Below are positions 25,083 to 38,120 of a stretch of 64,000 bases of DNA, in pieces. The stretch spans positions 9,486,001 through 9,550,000 of the forward strand of contig JBHGNT010000022.1 of assembly GCA_043228905.1 (NCBI GenBank), read 5' to 3'. Under the pieces are notes generated by a model, which was not told the origin of the DNA, did not search any database, and saw only the letters and a list, made by a program, of their open reading frames with translations. The position numbers and the translations under genes were made by a program. Origin of the DNA: Azolla caroliniana. Its lineage: Eukaryota > Plantae > Polypodiophyta. Numbering within the stretch: position 1 is the first letter of the stretch; each line of letters begins with the position of its first letter.

Positions 25083-26332
25083 TGTCGCGAAAATACGACG
25101 AGGATACGTGAACGTTGAGGCAAGACCCCGGGGCCTTTGACTAGAGGATATCAAATTCGTGTATTTATGTACTAAGAATTAACCGAAATGAGAAAGATTA
25201 ACAAATTTCATTAACAAGTAGAAAGAAAAATTACAATCAATCCCAAGATTGGGATTACAAAAGTTTTATCTTAAGGAGATTACTAGAATAATAGATTAGA
25301 GGAAATAAGAGATTATGATTCTTGAGTGATATGGCTTTGATAAGGAATTTTGGATTTTGAGAGATTGTTTCCGTATGGAAATTATGGTTTACTTGAGAGA
25401 TAGCTTCTGTAGGGAAGATTAGGGTTCTTGGCTTCGATAAGATAAGAGAGCTCCCAAAGAAAAGGAAAAAAAATTAAGATAATATGGAGAGTAAGTCCCA
25501 TTGTAGGAAAAAAAATGGAATATATATGGAGTTCTCCCTTGATCATAGCCTTTCCACTTTTTGTTGCATGGCCTCTACTTTTAGTTGCTTAGCTTTTTCT
25601 TTTAGTTGCATGGCTTTTTCGTTTTGTTGCATGTGACCGTCCACATGACCTTTACTTTTTGCATGCACTCCAACTTTAGTTGCTTGCGTCCACATGGCCT
25701 TTACTTTAGTTCTCTTCACTTTACTTTAGTTTGTTGCATGATCCCATCTTCCGTCCGTCCGCGTCCAACCTCGTCCGGTAGCCGGTTCCGCCCGATCGCC
25801 GAATCCCTCGCCGGTTCCATTTTGCTTGCTGGTTGCGGTTGCGGTTTTGCTTGCCGGACGGTTCCGGTTCTGGTTTTGCTTGCCGGTCGTGTTCCGGTTT
25901 TGCTTGCCGGTCGGTTCCGGTTTTGCTTACCGACCGGTTTCCGGATTTGCATACCGGACCGGTTTCCGGATTTGCTTACCAGCTGGTTTCCGGATTTGTT
26001 TACCGGCCGGTTTCCGGTTTTAGGGAATTTGGCCACCATCATCCATTAAGACAAAGTGGCCAAAGTGCTCTTAGCACAAATGAAAAATGAGGGAGCTCAA
26101 GGTGTTTATATAGCCAGGGCCTTAACTTTCCTATCTATGCGGGAGAGTTCTAATTTCCCTATCTTCTCAAACTTTATTTTCACATAACTTGATATGTATT
26201 TCTCCATTTTGTATATAGTAAAAACGTTTTGAAGCTCTCGAGTATATTCATCTTTCTATAGTAAGCTACTAATCTAATCTATAATAATTATTTCATTATT
26301 TTTTTACATAGTGTGTGAAGATTCACACGACA
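25083..26332 (-). repeat. 5' LTR of Gypsy D (~1250 bp) with CCGG-rich ~22-bp tandem array at ~25780-26020
   Basis: Adjacent to PBS; first ~430 bp align to 20322-20750. Confidence 0.85.
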
Positions 26333-26982
26333 CCGCTCTTTAGGGAATGGGCAACTGCGTTGCTTTCTGAACTGACATGCTTCGCATATGCCTGTACTCT
26401 CCTTCGCTGTAAAGTTCGAGAGTTCGATTATGACTCATTTCGATTGCATGTTCTGGAGATTTTGGAGATTGATGTGGCCGATTCTCTTGTGCCACAGTTT
26501 CAAGTTGGTTTCGAATTTCTGGCCCTTTGCAAACATGGCCGACTTTACCTCGCTCGATTCGAGGATGAACATACGACCTTCACGACGGTCGTGAGCTATG
26601 ACTTGATCGCCTTTTTCGATGAAGCACCCATCGTTATTGAAGCGTACTTGCATTCCTTGTTTGACAATCTGGCCAACCAAGACTAGGTTTTTTGTAATAG
26701 TAGGGACATGCAGCACGTTCTTGAGGTAGGTCTGTTTGCCGTCGTTTTTGAATGGGGCGTTCCCGATATGTTGTATTGGGTGAGTCGTGTCATCTCCTAT
26801 TTTGACATATCCGAGACGTTCGGGCTTCTGTAGTTCCCGAAACCAATTTTCATGGGACGTCATGTGATTGGATGCTCTCGAATCGACAAACCATACGTTG
26901 TTCGGAGTGGATGCGACAGTTGGCGCAAGTGCAAACATTGAGTGCGCTTCGTGCTTCACTATAACCCTTCGTGCCATAGTCG
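26333..26982 (-). pseudogene. Copia C protease / pre-integrase segment
   Basis: WFVDSRASNHMT, LKNVLHVP, LWHKRIGH. Confidence 0.9.
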
Positions 26983-27500
26983 TGTTACCGGCCGACAAAG
27001 AAGGCTAAAGGAGGTCCAAACCAGAGTGTGAAAGGAATAGTTATTCGGGAACTGTTGGAATTAGTAGTCTTAATATATACATATTATTATATAAGAAGAT
27101 GTGGACGGACGGACCGGAATCGGTATGCCGATCCGAATCTGGAACGATACCGTAAAGGTGCCGGTTGGCACCGTTTTGTATTTCGCACCGGAGACCTATA
27201 TAAAGGCCCGGTTACAATGTAATCAGGAGCGGATAATTAATAAAGCTTATGGTCTTAATCTTCAAGTGTTGATTACCGTTCTGTAATTATTGTCATATCT
27301 TACGCGTGTTAATTATGGATGGCTAAGTAATCGATTAAGGTCTAATTAAGCGTTGTGTCGTAAGTCATTCTGCCGTACCACCCTTTGGTGATGTGTCTTG
27401 AGTGGACACCCTGTGTTAGGCTGTTGTCCGACCCTAGTAATAACACAGTTTTTGGCGACCACGATTCCTGCATTATCATAGTGAACAACAGCAGGAATGG

Positions 27501-29667
27501 ATGACTAGGCCAACAGACGACCCGGTTACGGAGAGAGCACGAAGACTTGCGGAACGGAGATGGCGGCGAGAGGCTTTTCAGCAAGCAGCGGAAGAAATCC
27601 AAACGGATCGATCATTTTCCAAAGTGATCCGGAAAGTGGCGGAGGAGTCGCTCCGTCTGCAACAAAACGCTTACCCGGACGAAGGAAGTAGCTTAAGCAG
27701 CCTCCGGGAAGCGGAAACCCTTCTCCAGGCCTTGGCCGGAAGAGAAGGCGAATCTAAAGCATTCTCAACACTGGAATCGGATTCGGAAGGGGGTTACAGT
27801 GCGCATACGAACTATCACAGCAGTAACGACACCCCAGGAGGACCGGAGGACGAGGAGTCGGATACTTTACTGACACCGGAACCAGAGTTGGCAGACCAAG
27901 AACCTCCGGCACTCGTCGTGGAGCAACCTCCGAAGACGGAAGTACACCGGCAAAAACCTCCAACACCGGAAGTCGAGCCGGCAACACCAAAGGAAAACCA
28001 GCAGAGACCTCAGACGCTGGTGGAACAGCAGGAAAGACAACCGACACCGCCAGCCCGCGTACCGACATCGGACGACGATATGCCGTTCCAATACTCCAAG
28101 TATCGGGATGACCTGGACGCGAAGGCTCATGTTCACGCATTTGAACAAACATGGGAAGCAAACCATGTGTCACAACGGTTAACCGCGGTAGAAGAGGAAC
28201 GATCTAAGATAGCCGAATTCGGCGTGACATTAGAAGGACCGGCCGCCAGATGGCACCAAACGCAGGATCGCAGGACCATCACCACCTTTGCGGACCTGAA
28301 AGACAAATTCTTGCACTTCTTCTAGAAGGAGGTGGATCAGCGAGAAATGGTGGGCTTATTTTACACAATTAGGGAGGACCCCGGCGAGAGCATCCCACAG
28401 TTTGTCATCCGGTTTCAACGGATGCACAGTCAGCTTACCCGCGCACCTCCGGAGGAAGAAACGCGGGCTATATTTTTAGCCGCGCTCCGGGAACCTCTAC
28501 GAACGGTATGCATGGTCATTGACTTTCGCACAAGCACCGTCGACCAAGTCATCGACCGGGTTCGAGAAATGGAGAAAACGAGCTCTTGGCTAACAATGGG
28601 AGCCCTCCAACGAGCATTACCAACCGATGAGGATCTCCGTTTCCGGCAAGCAATCCAATGCACGACTTGCTTGAATTTCGGACACTCGTCATTGGAGTGC
28701 ACCATGCGGACGCACTGCTTACTCTGCCAATCTACGAGCCACACGATGGACCGGTGCGAATATAACTTATTGAATCGACAAGCTCCACCAGTCCGGCAAA
28801 TCGAGCCATGTAGCAGCCGAGACGAAGAAGATGAACGCTGGCGACGAGAGGAGCGATATTGAACGACACAAGATGTCTGGTACGACAATCGGCGAGACAA
28901 CTACGACCGGTACAAGAAATACGACAAGTACCGAGAATACAATGGACGGTACGAGCATCACAACCAGGATCACTCCCCCGGGTATCACCAACGACGGGAA
29001 GATTACGGGAGGTATGACGACCAACCCCGGCAAGGGTACCGCAACAAAAAGAACTTTAATAAAAAATGGCATTTCAAAAACGGGAGCCACCCATGTGAAT
29101 CGGAAAAAGGCGCCTCAAGCAGCCAACCAGACCAGAGCCCCGCGGTTACCACAAGTCCTCCACCGGGTACAGGAAACAATGCCGAATCCAGCAACACCCA
29201 GAAAGCATATTGCTATTACTGCCGGCAAGAAGGACATTATAGTAATCAATGTCCGGCAAAAAGCTATGATAAGTGACCGGCAGTAAACATGGTAGTCGCC
29301 GAAGTCGCAGACCTCCAGCAGGTCACCACAAGGTCGAAGGGGAAGACTACAGAATGGGAGACACAAGAGGCCATCTGGAAACAAGCAACGGAATGGGTAA
29401 AAAAGGCCAATGAGCGAAACATAGCAGAACTCGCACAACAGAAGGAGAACACCGAAGAGGTCGCCGGAAGCAGTCAGTCCGAAAACGCGACATGGCAGGT
29501 ATTGCAGGAATGCCAGATCACGCTGCCGTTAGGAAGACTCTTGCAGCTAGTACCAAGATTCACAGAAGGACTCAAGGAAGGCATGACGACAGGCGGAACA
29601 CCACCGGCTCCGGCATTCTTCTCAAATCCGGAGGAGGGACCGGCTGTGGTGGACACCAACAGTCCGG
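27501..29667 (+). pseudogene. Gypsy E gag (stops/frameshifts)
   Basis: TLEGPAARW..LKDKFL, ESIPQFVIRF; CCHC knuckles CTTCLNFGHSSLEC, CLLCQSTSHTMDRC, CYYCRQEGHYSNQC. Confidence 0.85.
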
Positions 29668-31250
29668 TGTTGCGAAGTTTCGCGCGTGCGTGTGCTACTC
29701 GAGCGACCACCGGGGCCTTGGACTAGGGAGGACGTTCGCGGAATTATCGAAGAGATGACGATCAATGTAAGATTGGATGAAATTTGTTCGCTTGAGAAGA
29801 AGAAAGACTGTACACTTGAGAAGTAGAAAAATATGAAGAAGATAAAGACGAATATAATTATATTGATGATAGTGGTGTTGGTGATATCACATATTGAGCC
29901 CCCCTTACACAAGCTCAAGTAGAGGCTTTTATAGGTCTTTCCATGCTTGTGACATGCACAAAACCATGGGCTAAAACCATGGTTTTGTGCACACGGTTTT
30001 GCTTATGTCATGCACAAACCATGGGTTTAGAACCATGGTTTTGTGCACATGGTTTTCTATGGTTGTTTCGTTTATAATTTGTATATGAAAAGGAAATACA
30101 TAAAATCTACACTATATGATAGTTGTCCTAGTTGTAAGGCAAATATCTTGTATCTTAGAGGTGTAAGGTTCAAACCTTGCCTGCACCCCTCTGTATGAAC
30201 TCAAGTGCCACTAGGCCTTAGGAGGCTTATTTGCTAAGTGTATGTGCAATGTTGCACATCCTTGGTTTATTCGTCTCACTCGGTTTCACACTGTAGCCGA
30301 AAATCATCACGACATCCACCCCCACCAAACCCGCACATCCTCCGGTATGTGTCGAGAAAGGTGAAGAGGTGAGATCTTTGGCAACTGTGATCAACCGAGT
30401 TCCTCCGCACGCTCGTCTAACTTCGTCTTCCACTTCGAGTATGCCCAATCTTTCCAACCGAACCACCGTAGCCACCCGATCCACCATATCCGGTGCTCAC
30501 ACCTTCTTCCCCGGTCGGTTGTAGTAGATCTACCGAACGATGTCATCGATCCGACCGCTCTTCCTTCGTCTACTACGCGTGTCCTTCGATTGGACTCCTG
30601 GCCAATCCTTGCGCTCACCGTCTTCAACTGGGTATTGTGGATCGTTCGTGTCGATCCCTGATTAGGCTGGGTTTGCCCTTGTCCGGATCGGTCTCCACCG
30701 ATCGCTTCTTGGCTTGGTTGGCCTTCGTCTGCATTCGCATTTCGCCGAGTCGGGCTCAACCGATTGATTCCTGCCGGGTCGGCCCCCTTTTGGATTGGGA
30801 TTGTCCGATCGATTTCGGCCGAATCAGGTTTCGGCCAGGTCGGCCCCGGTCGATCGGCTCCCATGTGGATCTTCCTTCGTTCGGGCTGGAATCCTGGCCG
30901 GATTGTCTTCCGGTTTGACCGCTTCTCGACTCTTCCTTCCTTCTCGCATGCCGCCTCTCCATTGAACTCAACCGCGGCTTCATCCTTGGCCTCCTCGTCG
31001 GCCACATCCTTCCCTCTGTGTATGCTCGCCTCGAGCCATATTGTCTCCTCTCTGCCACCTCCTTTATCTTCAGTCTTATGTCGACACACGGTCTCGATTG
31101 CCAAAGTCTTCGGAACCAATGTGAAGGAATCCCTTCGTTCATGCACATTTACCTTGTCTTCCTCATCTCCCTTCCGGTCGTCCGCTTTTCTGTCCACACA
31201 TTCCGTCTCTCCGGTCTCACGTTGGCGCACGTGCACAACCGCCGAAATCT

Positions 31251-32590
31251 CTAGAATAGGTGTGGGGATATCCTTTCTTCCTCGATCTTCTTCCTCCTTG
31301 TGTTGGGCCTTCGTTCTAATTGTTGAATCCTCGTGGCTAGCAAGTCTTCCCGACTCATTTCCTCTTGCCATGGCAAAGACGTCCACGAAGCAACACTTTG
31401 CTCAATAGGCATTATTGGTTTTTGTCCTAATATGAGTTCGGTGGGCATATATCCCATAGTCGTGCTATGTGTAGTTCTATCTGCCCACAATGCATAAGGT
31501 AGTAATCGTGGCCAATTTCCCATCTTGCCGTCGCAAGCCTTTGCTAGAGCTTTTACAATTGGACTATGTCCTCGTTCCACCTTCCCATTTGCGTCCGGGT
31601 TGTATGCCATGGTGAGCGATAATTTGACGCCTATTCTTGAAAAGAACTCTTTAGCTTCATTCACATCTATGTCTCCTCTATCGGCCACTATTTTTCCGAC
31701 ACATCCGTATCGACAAATAACATCTTCAAGGAGAAATCTACAAACCGCCGAAGTTGTTTTATTCCTTAGCGCCCGTCCTTCTACTTGGTTGGTGAGATCC
31801 TCTCTTGCTAGCACGAGATATTTCAATTGCCCCAATCCCATTGGCATAACCACTATGTCTACCAACCACTTATAGTGCATTGATAATGGATATGTCGGAT
31901 GAAGTTCATCCCTATGTTGAATATTCGAGTATAATTGGCATTGCTCACATGTTTCAACATAGCTTGCTACATCTTTGTAAACACCCGGCCACCAATACTT
32001 CTCCTTGAGCTTTGCAAATGTTGCCCATATACCACGATGACCTGCCCACACACTATCATGAAATTCAACAATTAGTGTTTGTTGATCCTGTTTCTTGCAC
32101 ACCACTCGAAGTGGAGTTCCATTCTTTTTCTTCACAGATTCATCGACTTCCATTCGAGAAGGTTGGCTCGATCCACCGGGCTTCATGCTTGTTTCTCCTA
32201 TCTCTTTTCGTGGCGTAGGTTGGGCTTGTCCTTCTTTCCCTGCATTCCTTGTATTGTGACACTTTGAGGTGCCATCTTCTTCACCGGTTCTTTTCCTCTT
32301 CTCTTTGACAAGAGCCTCATAGTTGTCACACACAACCTCCGCAAAGCTTGTGTTATCGTCGACTGGATCCGACCATCCGGTTACTCGTCGCACATTCCGA
32401 TCAGCATGTTTGAGATCCTCCAAATCTATTTTTCCTTTCTTTTCACACTCGAATACCGTTGGCCAAAACCCAATTCCTGGCTTGATCTTCTTTAGATTCT
32501 CTCTTCTGACTCGTATTCCCGCCGATGCGGCGTAGTGCATGGCTTCCACATGCCTTACATCTTCCTCTTCCACGATCTTTTTCAGCCCGC
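31251..32590 (-). pseudogene. Gypsy F gag C-part fused in frame to integrase
   Basis: Gag matches D to MEVDESVKKK, then H..GHRG..CEQC, VDI, ADRG, VERGH integrase motifs; PR-RT-RH absent. Confidence 0.85.
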
Positions 32591-33184
32591 TGTCGTGAAG
32601 TACGAAAGCTTCACATTAAAAGTCTACAATAAGATAAATACGTAAGGGTCGAAGCACGCTACGGTGTACCAGAAAAGTACTGTTTTTGGCCACAAAAATT
32701 GTCAGTACTTTCAATACTGTTAGTACTGAATAATTCAGAAAAAAAATTAGAGAAAAAGAAAATCGATTTTGGAGAGTGGGGTGACTGTAGTACAAGTGTC
32801 ATTTACTGTAGAAGGAGTGGGGGGAACACGTGAGGAGATGTTCTTCCATTTTGGGGGCTATTTTCCCCTCACGTCGATTTTGGCGCTTCCCCTCACGTCG
32901 TTTTGGCGATTCCCCTCATACTGCTCTTCCTCTATCCCTCTGAGCTTTTCATCACAGACATCCATGTCATGTTTCTGATTTTCCTTCAATCTAAATCTCA
33001 GACATCCATGTTTGGTTGGAGAGTTTGAGTTGAGGATTTCTAATTTTTTTAGGGTTTCTGTTTTTGTTAGGTTTCGGTTGAGGTACAAAGACTGTTCTGA
33101 GGGTTTAGGTAGCAGCCAATAGTCACTTCTTCGACAACGACTTTCTTACTTCCACCGATTGCAGTTGATGTCGTGGTGATTTGG

Positions 33185-33795
33185 GGCTTTTTCCACCAAA
33201 TCGAGGCGGCATTGGAGGTTCCTTCCACCAAATCGAGGCTCCTTCCACCAAATCAAGGCGACATATCCAACGCTCCCTCCACCATTGGAGGTTCCTTCCA
33301 CCAAATCGAGGCTGCATATCCACGCTCCCTCCACCATTGGAGGTTCCTTCCACCAAATCGAGGCGGCATATCCAACGCTCCCTCCACCATTGGAGGTTCC
33401 TTCCATCCATTTTTTTATTTTCAGTACTAAAATGTTTCATTTCTTCATATTTCAGTACTAAATTTTTAGAATTGACATTTGCCATATTTGATATGTAATT
33501 CTAATGTTTGAAACAAAATATTTCTCACTTTGTAGGCCACATTTAAAAACATTTGATTGTGTTTTCTTGGTTGAGTCTATATATCCACGCTCCCTCCACC
33601 ATTGGAGGTTCCTTCCATCCATTTTTTTATTTTCAGTACTAAAATGTTTCATTTCTTCATATTTCAATACTAAATTTTTAGAATTGACATTTGTCATATT
33701 TGATATGTAATTCTAATGTTTGAAACAAAATATTTCTCACTTTGCAGGCCACATTTAAAAACATTTGATTGTGTTTTCTTGGTTGAGTCTATATA
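33185..33795. repeat. Subterminal repeats of the Sola element: ~53-bp units followed by a ~212-bp tandem duplication
   Basis: TTCCACCAAATCGAGGC..CCACCATTGGAGGTTCC repeated; ~33370-33580 duplicated at ~33582-33795. Confidence 0.8.
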
Positions 33796-33849
33796 ACATT
33801 AACTACTTTCGCAAGACACTTAATTTTTGTAGATAAATCTAGTGACCGA

Positions 33850-34455
33850 ATGGGGGTTCCTAACGACAGTGAGTTGTCAAGTAACTCATGCATATCTGAA
33901 AGGACTAAGAGACGAGTGGTTCTTCACATAGTCCGTTATTTGGTAGAAATAACGAAGAGATTTAGTGAAGAGGATCGTAGGGATATTATCTGTAGAGTGT
34001 TACACCATCAAAGTTTGAATGAAGACATGGAGAGAATAAAATTTAGGGACCAATGTGTTTCAGAAGAGATTGTGGAGTCTATGAAGTCATCCCTAGACTT
34101 AGTGAAAGGTGTAGAGAGCTTAGACAAACTTGCTGCAAAGAGGGCAGCCCTACGCATGGTTGTGAACGGTGCGAGAGAAAAAAAATATAGTGATACTAAA
34201 GTTGCCTTAGCCCTGGGTATTCAAAGAAGGAACTTGAGGAAACATCGCCGAAATATACACTCAAGCAAATTCAAGTGGCTGGGGTCGGGACGTAGACGAC
34301 GATGTGATGCCTTATCTCAAGAGATTATTGAGAAAGTGGATTCATTTTGGGCCAAAAATATGCGTGTCTCACCAAATAAGAAGGACGTGTGTAGACAACG
34401 AATAAGTCAGGGTAAGTACCAGATTCACCCTAGACACTTCTTGGAGATGACAGAG
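33850..34455 (+). CDS. Sola2-like transposase exon 1
   Basis: ORF ends GAG|GTATT at a codon boundary; joins exon 2 in frame (HFLEMTE|AELYMNF). Confidence 0.7.
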
Positions 34456-34547
34456 GTATTCCATTTTTTTATATCAATTCACATTCCATAACTTTGTGTT
34501 TTGACCAAGTGTATATTAATGTTTGCTATATATATTGGTTGATGTAG

Positions 34548-35497
34548 GCTGAATTGTACATGAACTTTAAAGACCAACATCCAAGCTTGACTGTCGGATT
34601 CCGCAAGTTCCAAGGTTTGAAACCATTTTATGTTAGAAAATTAAATGAGAGGAATACATGTTGTTGTGTGTACCATGTGAAGATGGACATGTTAAGGCTA
34701 GCAGTGAATGCAATGCGTACTGATTCTAAGGGTATACATGGGGAATTATGTGTCTGCACTTGTGAGATTTGTAGACCAAATGGGGAGGATAATAGGTGTA
34801 ATGCACGAAACATGACTTATGCATCCGTTTCTGAGCTATGGAGGTCTTGTGTTTGTGAAAAAGAACCATCATGTGAGTGGCATCGTCGTACATGTATATT
34901 AAGAACATGTAAGGTTTGTCCGCTACCATTATTTTGTAGGCAGGAGCTTGATATGGGAAATAGTCATATCGTGAAATGGAAATATTTGGAGTATGTGACT
35001 GAAAATATTGGCAAGGGAGTTGTAACTAAGCGTATCAAGGAAGTATATAAGGAGACATGTGCTGCTACCCTTGTCTCAGAATTTAAGAAACAACTTGGGG
35101 AGTTTATTCCACATAACTTCCGGAGTTATTGGCAAAATTCACAGTTCAAGGAATGTATTAATAACTTACCAACGGGTGTCATTGTATCCGTTATTGATTT
35201 TGTAGAAAACTATACATTTAAAGTTCAAAATGAGGTTCAATCAATGCATTGGTACAATGATCAATGTACAATACTTGTACATATTTGCTATTGGAGGCAA
35301 GACGGTGAGTTACATAAGAAATCAATATTTTACATTTCAGATGATAAAAAGCATGATACACTATTTGTTCAACATTGTTTTAAGCTTCACCATGCAGATT
35401 TATTTTCTCTAGGGTTAACCTTTAACCGTCATTGGGTTTGGTCTGATGGTGCTGCCTCGCAGTTTAAGGCGGCACGATCGTTCTACTTTATCGCCAT
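34548..35497 (+). CDS. Sola2-like transposase exon 2
   Basis: TCCCVYH and Cys-rich region; IDFVENY..QSMHW; SDDKKHD; WSDGAASQFK; donor GTAATT at 35498. Confidence 0.8.
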
Positions 35498-35715
35498 GTA
35501 ATTTTTAATCCATATGTTTAGTACTTATCATGCAATGTGTAAGGAAGTAATTCTTGTGTTAGTGGATGCATACTAATTATGTTTGTAACTATTAACAAAC
35601 AGTACTAGTCACATGGATGCATACTAATTATGTTTGTAACTATTCGAATCTTGCACTTGTGAATGGATGCATGCATACTAATTTTGTTTGTATTATGTTG
35701 TACTAAGTAACTTTT

Positions 35716-36997
35716 AATCCATGTGAAGTGTTCTCCATAGACACATTGTACTATGTTGTGTTTACAGAAGGATGTAAAGTACTCATCTTGTACTTAGAGT
35801 ATTGTCCGTCCTTAAGAGAATTGTACTAATGATCTTTTTATCCATGTGAAGTGTTCTCCATAGACACATTGTACTATGTTGTGTGTTGTATCTGTACTAT
35901 GTTGTGTGTATAGAAGGATGTAAAGTACTCATCTTGTACTTAGAGTATTGTCCGTCCTTAAGAGAATTGTACTAATTATGTTTTAATCCATGTGAAGGGT
36001 TCTCCATATACACATTGTACTATGTTGTGTGTTGTATCTGTACTATGTTGTGTTTACAAAAGGATGTAAAGTACTCATCTTGTACTCATAGTATTGTCCG
36101 TCCTTAAGAGAATTGTACTAAGTATCGATTAATCCATGTGAAGGGTTCTCCATAGACACATTGTACTATGTTGTGTGTTGGTTTTGTACTATGTTGTGTT
36201 TACAAAAGGATGTAAAGTACTCATCTTGTACTTATAGTATTGTCCGTCCTTAAGAGAATTGTACTAATTATGTTTTAATCCATGTGAAGGGTTCTCCATA
36301 GACACATTCTACTGTGTTGTGTGTTGTATCTGTACTATGTTGTGTTACAGGAGGATGTAAAGTACTCATCTTGTACTCATAGTATTGTCCGTCCTTAAGA
36401 GAATTGTACTAAGTATCGATTAATCCATGTGAAGGGTTCTCCATAGACACATTGTACTATGTTGTGTGTTGGTTCTGTACTATGTTGTGTTTACAAAAGG
36501 ATGTAAAGTACTCATCTTGTACTTATAGTATTGTCCGTCCTTAAGAGAATTGTACTAATTATGTTTTAATCCATGTGAAGGGTTCTCCATAGACACATTA
36601 TACTATGTTGTGTGTTGTATCTGTACTATGTTGTGTTTACAGGAGGATGTAAAGTACTCATCTTATACTCATAGTATTGTCCGTCCTTAAGAGAATTGTA
36701 CTAAGTATCGATTAATCCATGTGAAGGGTTCTCCATAGACACATTGTACTATGTTGTGTGTTGGTTCTGTACTATGTTGTGTTTACAAAAGGATGTAAAG
36801 TACTCATCTTGTACTTATAGTATTGTCCGTCCTTAAGAGAATTGTACTAATTATGTTTTAATCCATGTGAAGGGTTCTCCATAGACACATTATACTATGT
36901 TGTGTGTTGTATCTGTACTATGTTGTGTTTACAGGAGGATGTAAAGTACTCATCTTGTACTCATAGTATTGTCCGTCCTTAAGAGAATTGTACTAAA
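35716..36997. repeat. 146-bp tandem satellite (9 units) in transposase intron 2
   Basis: TCCATGTGAAG at 35718, 35841, 35987, 36133, 36279, 36424, 36570, 36716, 36862; decayed units continue to ~37510. Confidence 0.95.
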
Positions 36998-37539
36998 TCA
37001 GTATTTACTCATGTTGTACTCATAATATTGTACTCATCTTGTACTCATCTTTTAAACACACTGTGTGGTACTGATTATCTATTAATCAATGTTCAACGTT
37101 CTCCATGAACACACTGTATTGTACTATGTGTTGTATCTATACTAAATCAGTGTTTATTGGGGGATGTAAAGTACATGTCTTGTAGTACTAATGATCTTCT
37201 AAGGAGGGTTGTGTTCTCCGTGGACACATTGTATTGTACTATCCGATATTGAACATTTTGTACTATTTATCTGTTAATACATGTAGAGTGCTTTCCATGA
37301 ACTCATTGTACTATACTTTGTGTGCTATATCCATACTAAGTTAGTATTAAATGGATGCCAGGTACTATTGGTCGACAACATAGTACTATTTATCTTTTAA
37401 TAAGTGTAGAGTGTTCTCAATGGATACGTTGTGTTATGCTTTGTTTTGTATTTGTACTAAATCAGTATTAATGGAAGTGTAGTACTCTCAATTGACAACA
37501 TAGTACTAATTTTGTTGGAAACTTGAGATACCAAAGCAG

Positions 37540-38120
37540 GTATTTCTCCTTATTCAATATTCGTATGCAATGGAATTACTTCGGGTCTGGACATGGAAAA
37601 GGAGAGCATGATGGCGCGGGGGCTGTGATCAAACGTGCCCTTACAAGTGAGCAGTTGGATAATAATGGCGCTAAGTTACAAAATGCACATGATGTTGTGT
37701 AGTGGCTAACATGGAAGATGTCAAATGATGGTAAGAACAGATTGTTTGTTGAAGTTCGCGCTGATGAGGTCGATAGAACTAAATCATATGGTTGTAAAAC
37801 CGTGAAAGGCACACGCAACACCCATTGTGTGTTAGGGTTTAGCCGCAAGGACACAACCCAATTGTTACTCCGTAGTTTATCATGCTTTTGTTCCATGTGT
37901 CTAGATGAAGCTTGGGATAAATGCATCAACCTATCAATCGTGGAGCCCTGGAAGCTGCAAAAGCTTGAGCCTGAACGACAAGATGATATTGAAGAGGATG
38001 TGCATTCAAAAGATATTGTATACTACAACCAAAATCAAGACTTGGCAGTTTTATTGGAAGTTGGAGATCATTTTGCAGTGCTCAAATATTCTCAGAATGA
38101 AGATTTAGAAGACTACTACA
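37540..38120 (+). pseudogene. Sola2-like transposase exon 3 (one in-frame stop at ~37700)
   Basis: Acceptor CAG|G at 37539; WNYFGSGHGKGEHDGAGAVIKR; VKGTRNTH; LSCFCSMC; 3' end uncertain. Confidence 0.78.

Larger units (their letters stand above)
20322..26332 (-). mobile_element. Gypsy D (tRNA-Trp primed, 4-bp TSD); integrase and inner part of 3' LTR deleted
   Basis: 5' LTR 25083-26332; truncated 3' LTR 20322-~20750; termini TGTCG/CGACA; TSD CTGC/CCGC restores Copia C frame. Confidence 0.88.

Noticed and set aside
30391-31408. 331-aa and 214-aa ORFs in the 3' region of Gypsy F
   Set aside because: The 331-aa ORF starts out of frame within integrase and crosses a deletion junction; no motifs; a decayed extra ORF cannot be excluded
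35716-36997. CRISPR-like array
   Set aside because: Whole 146-bp units repeat with no unique spacers; no cas genes; eukaryotic intron context
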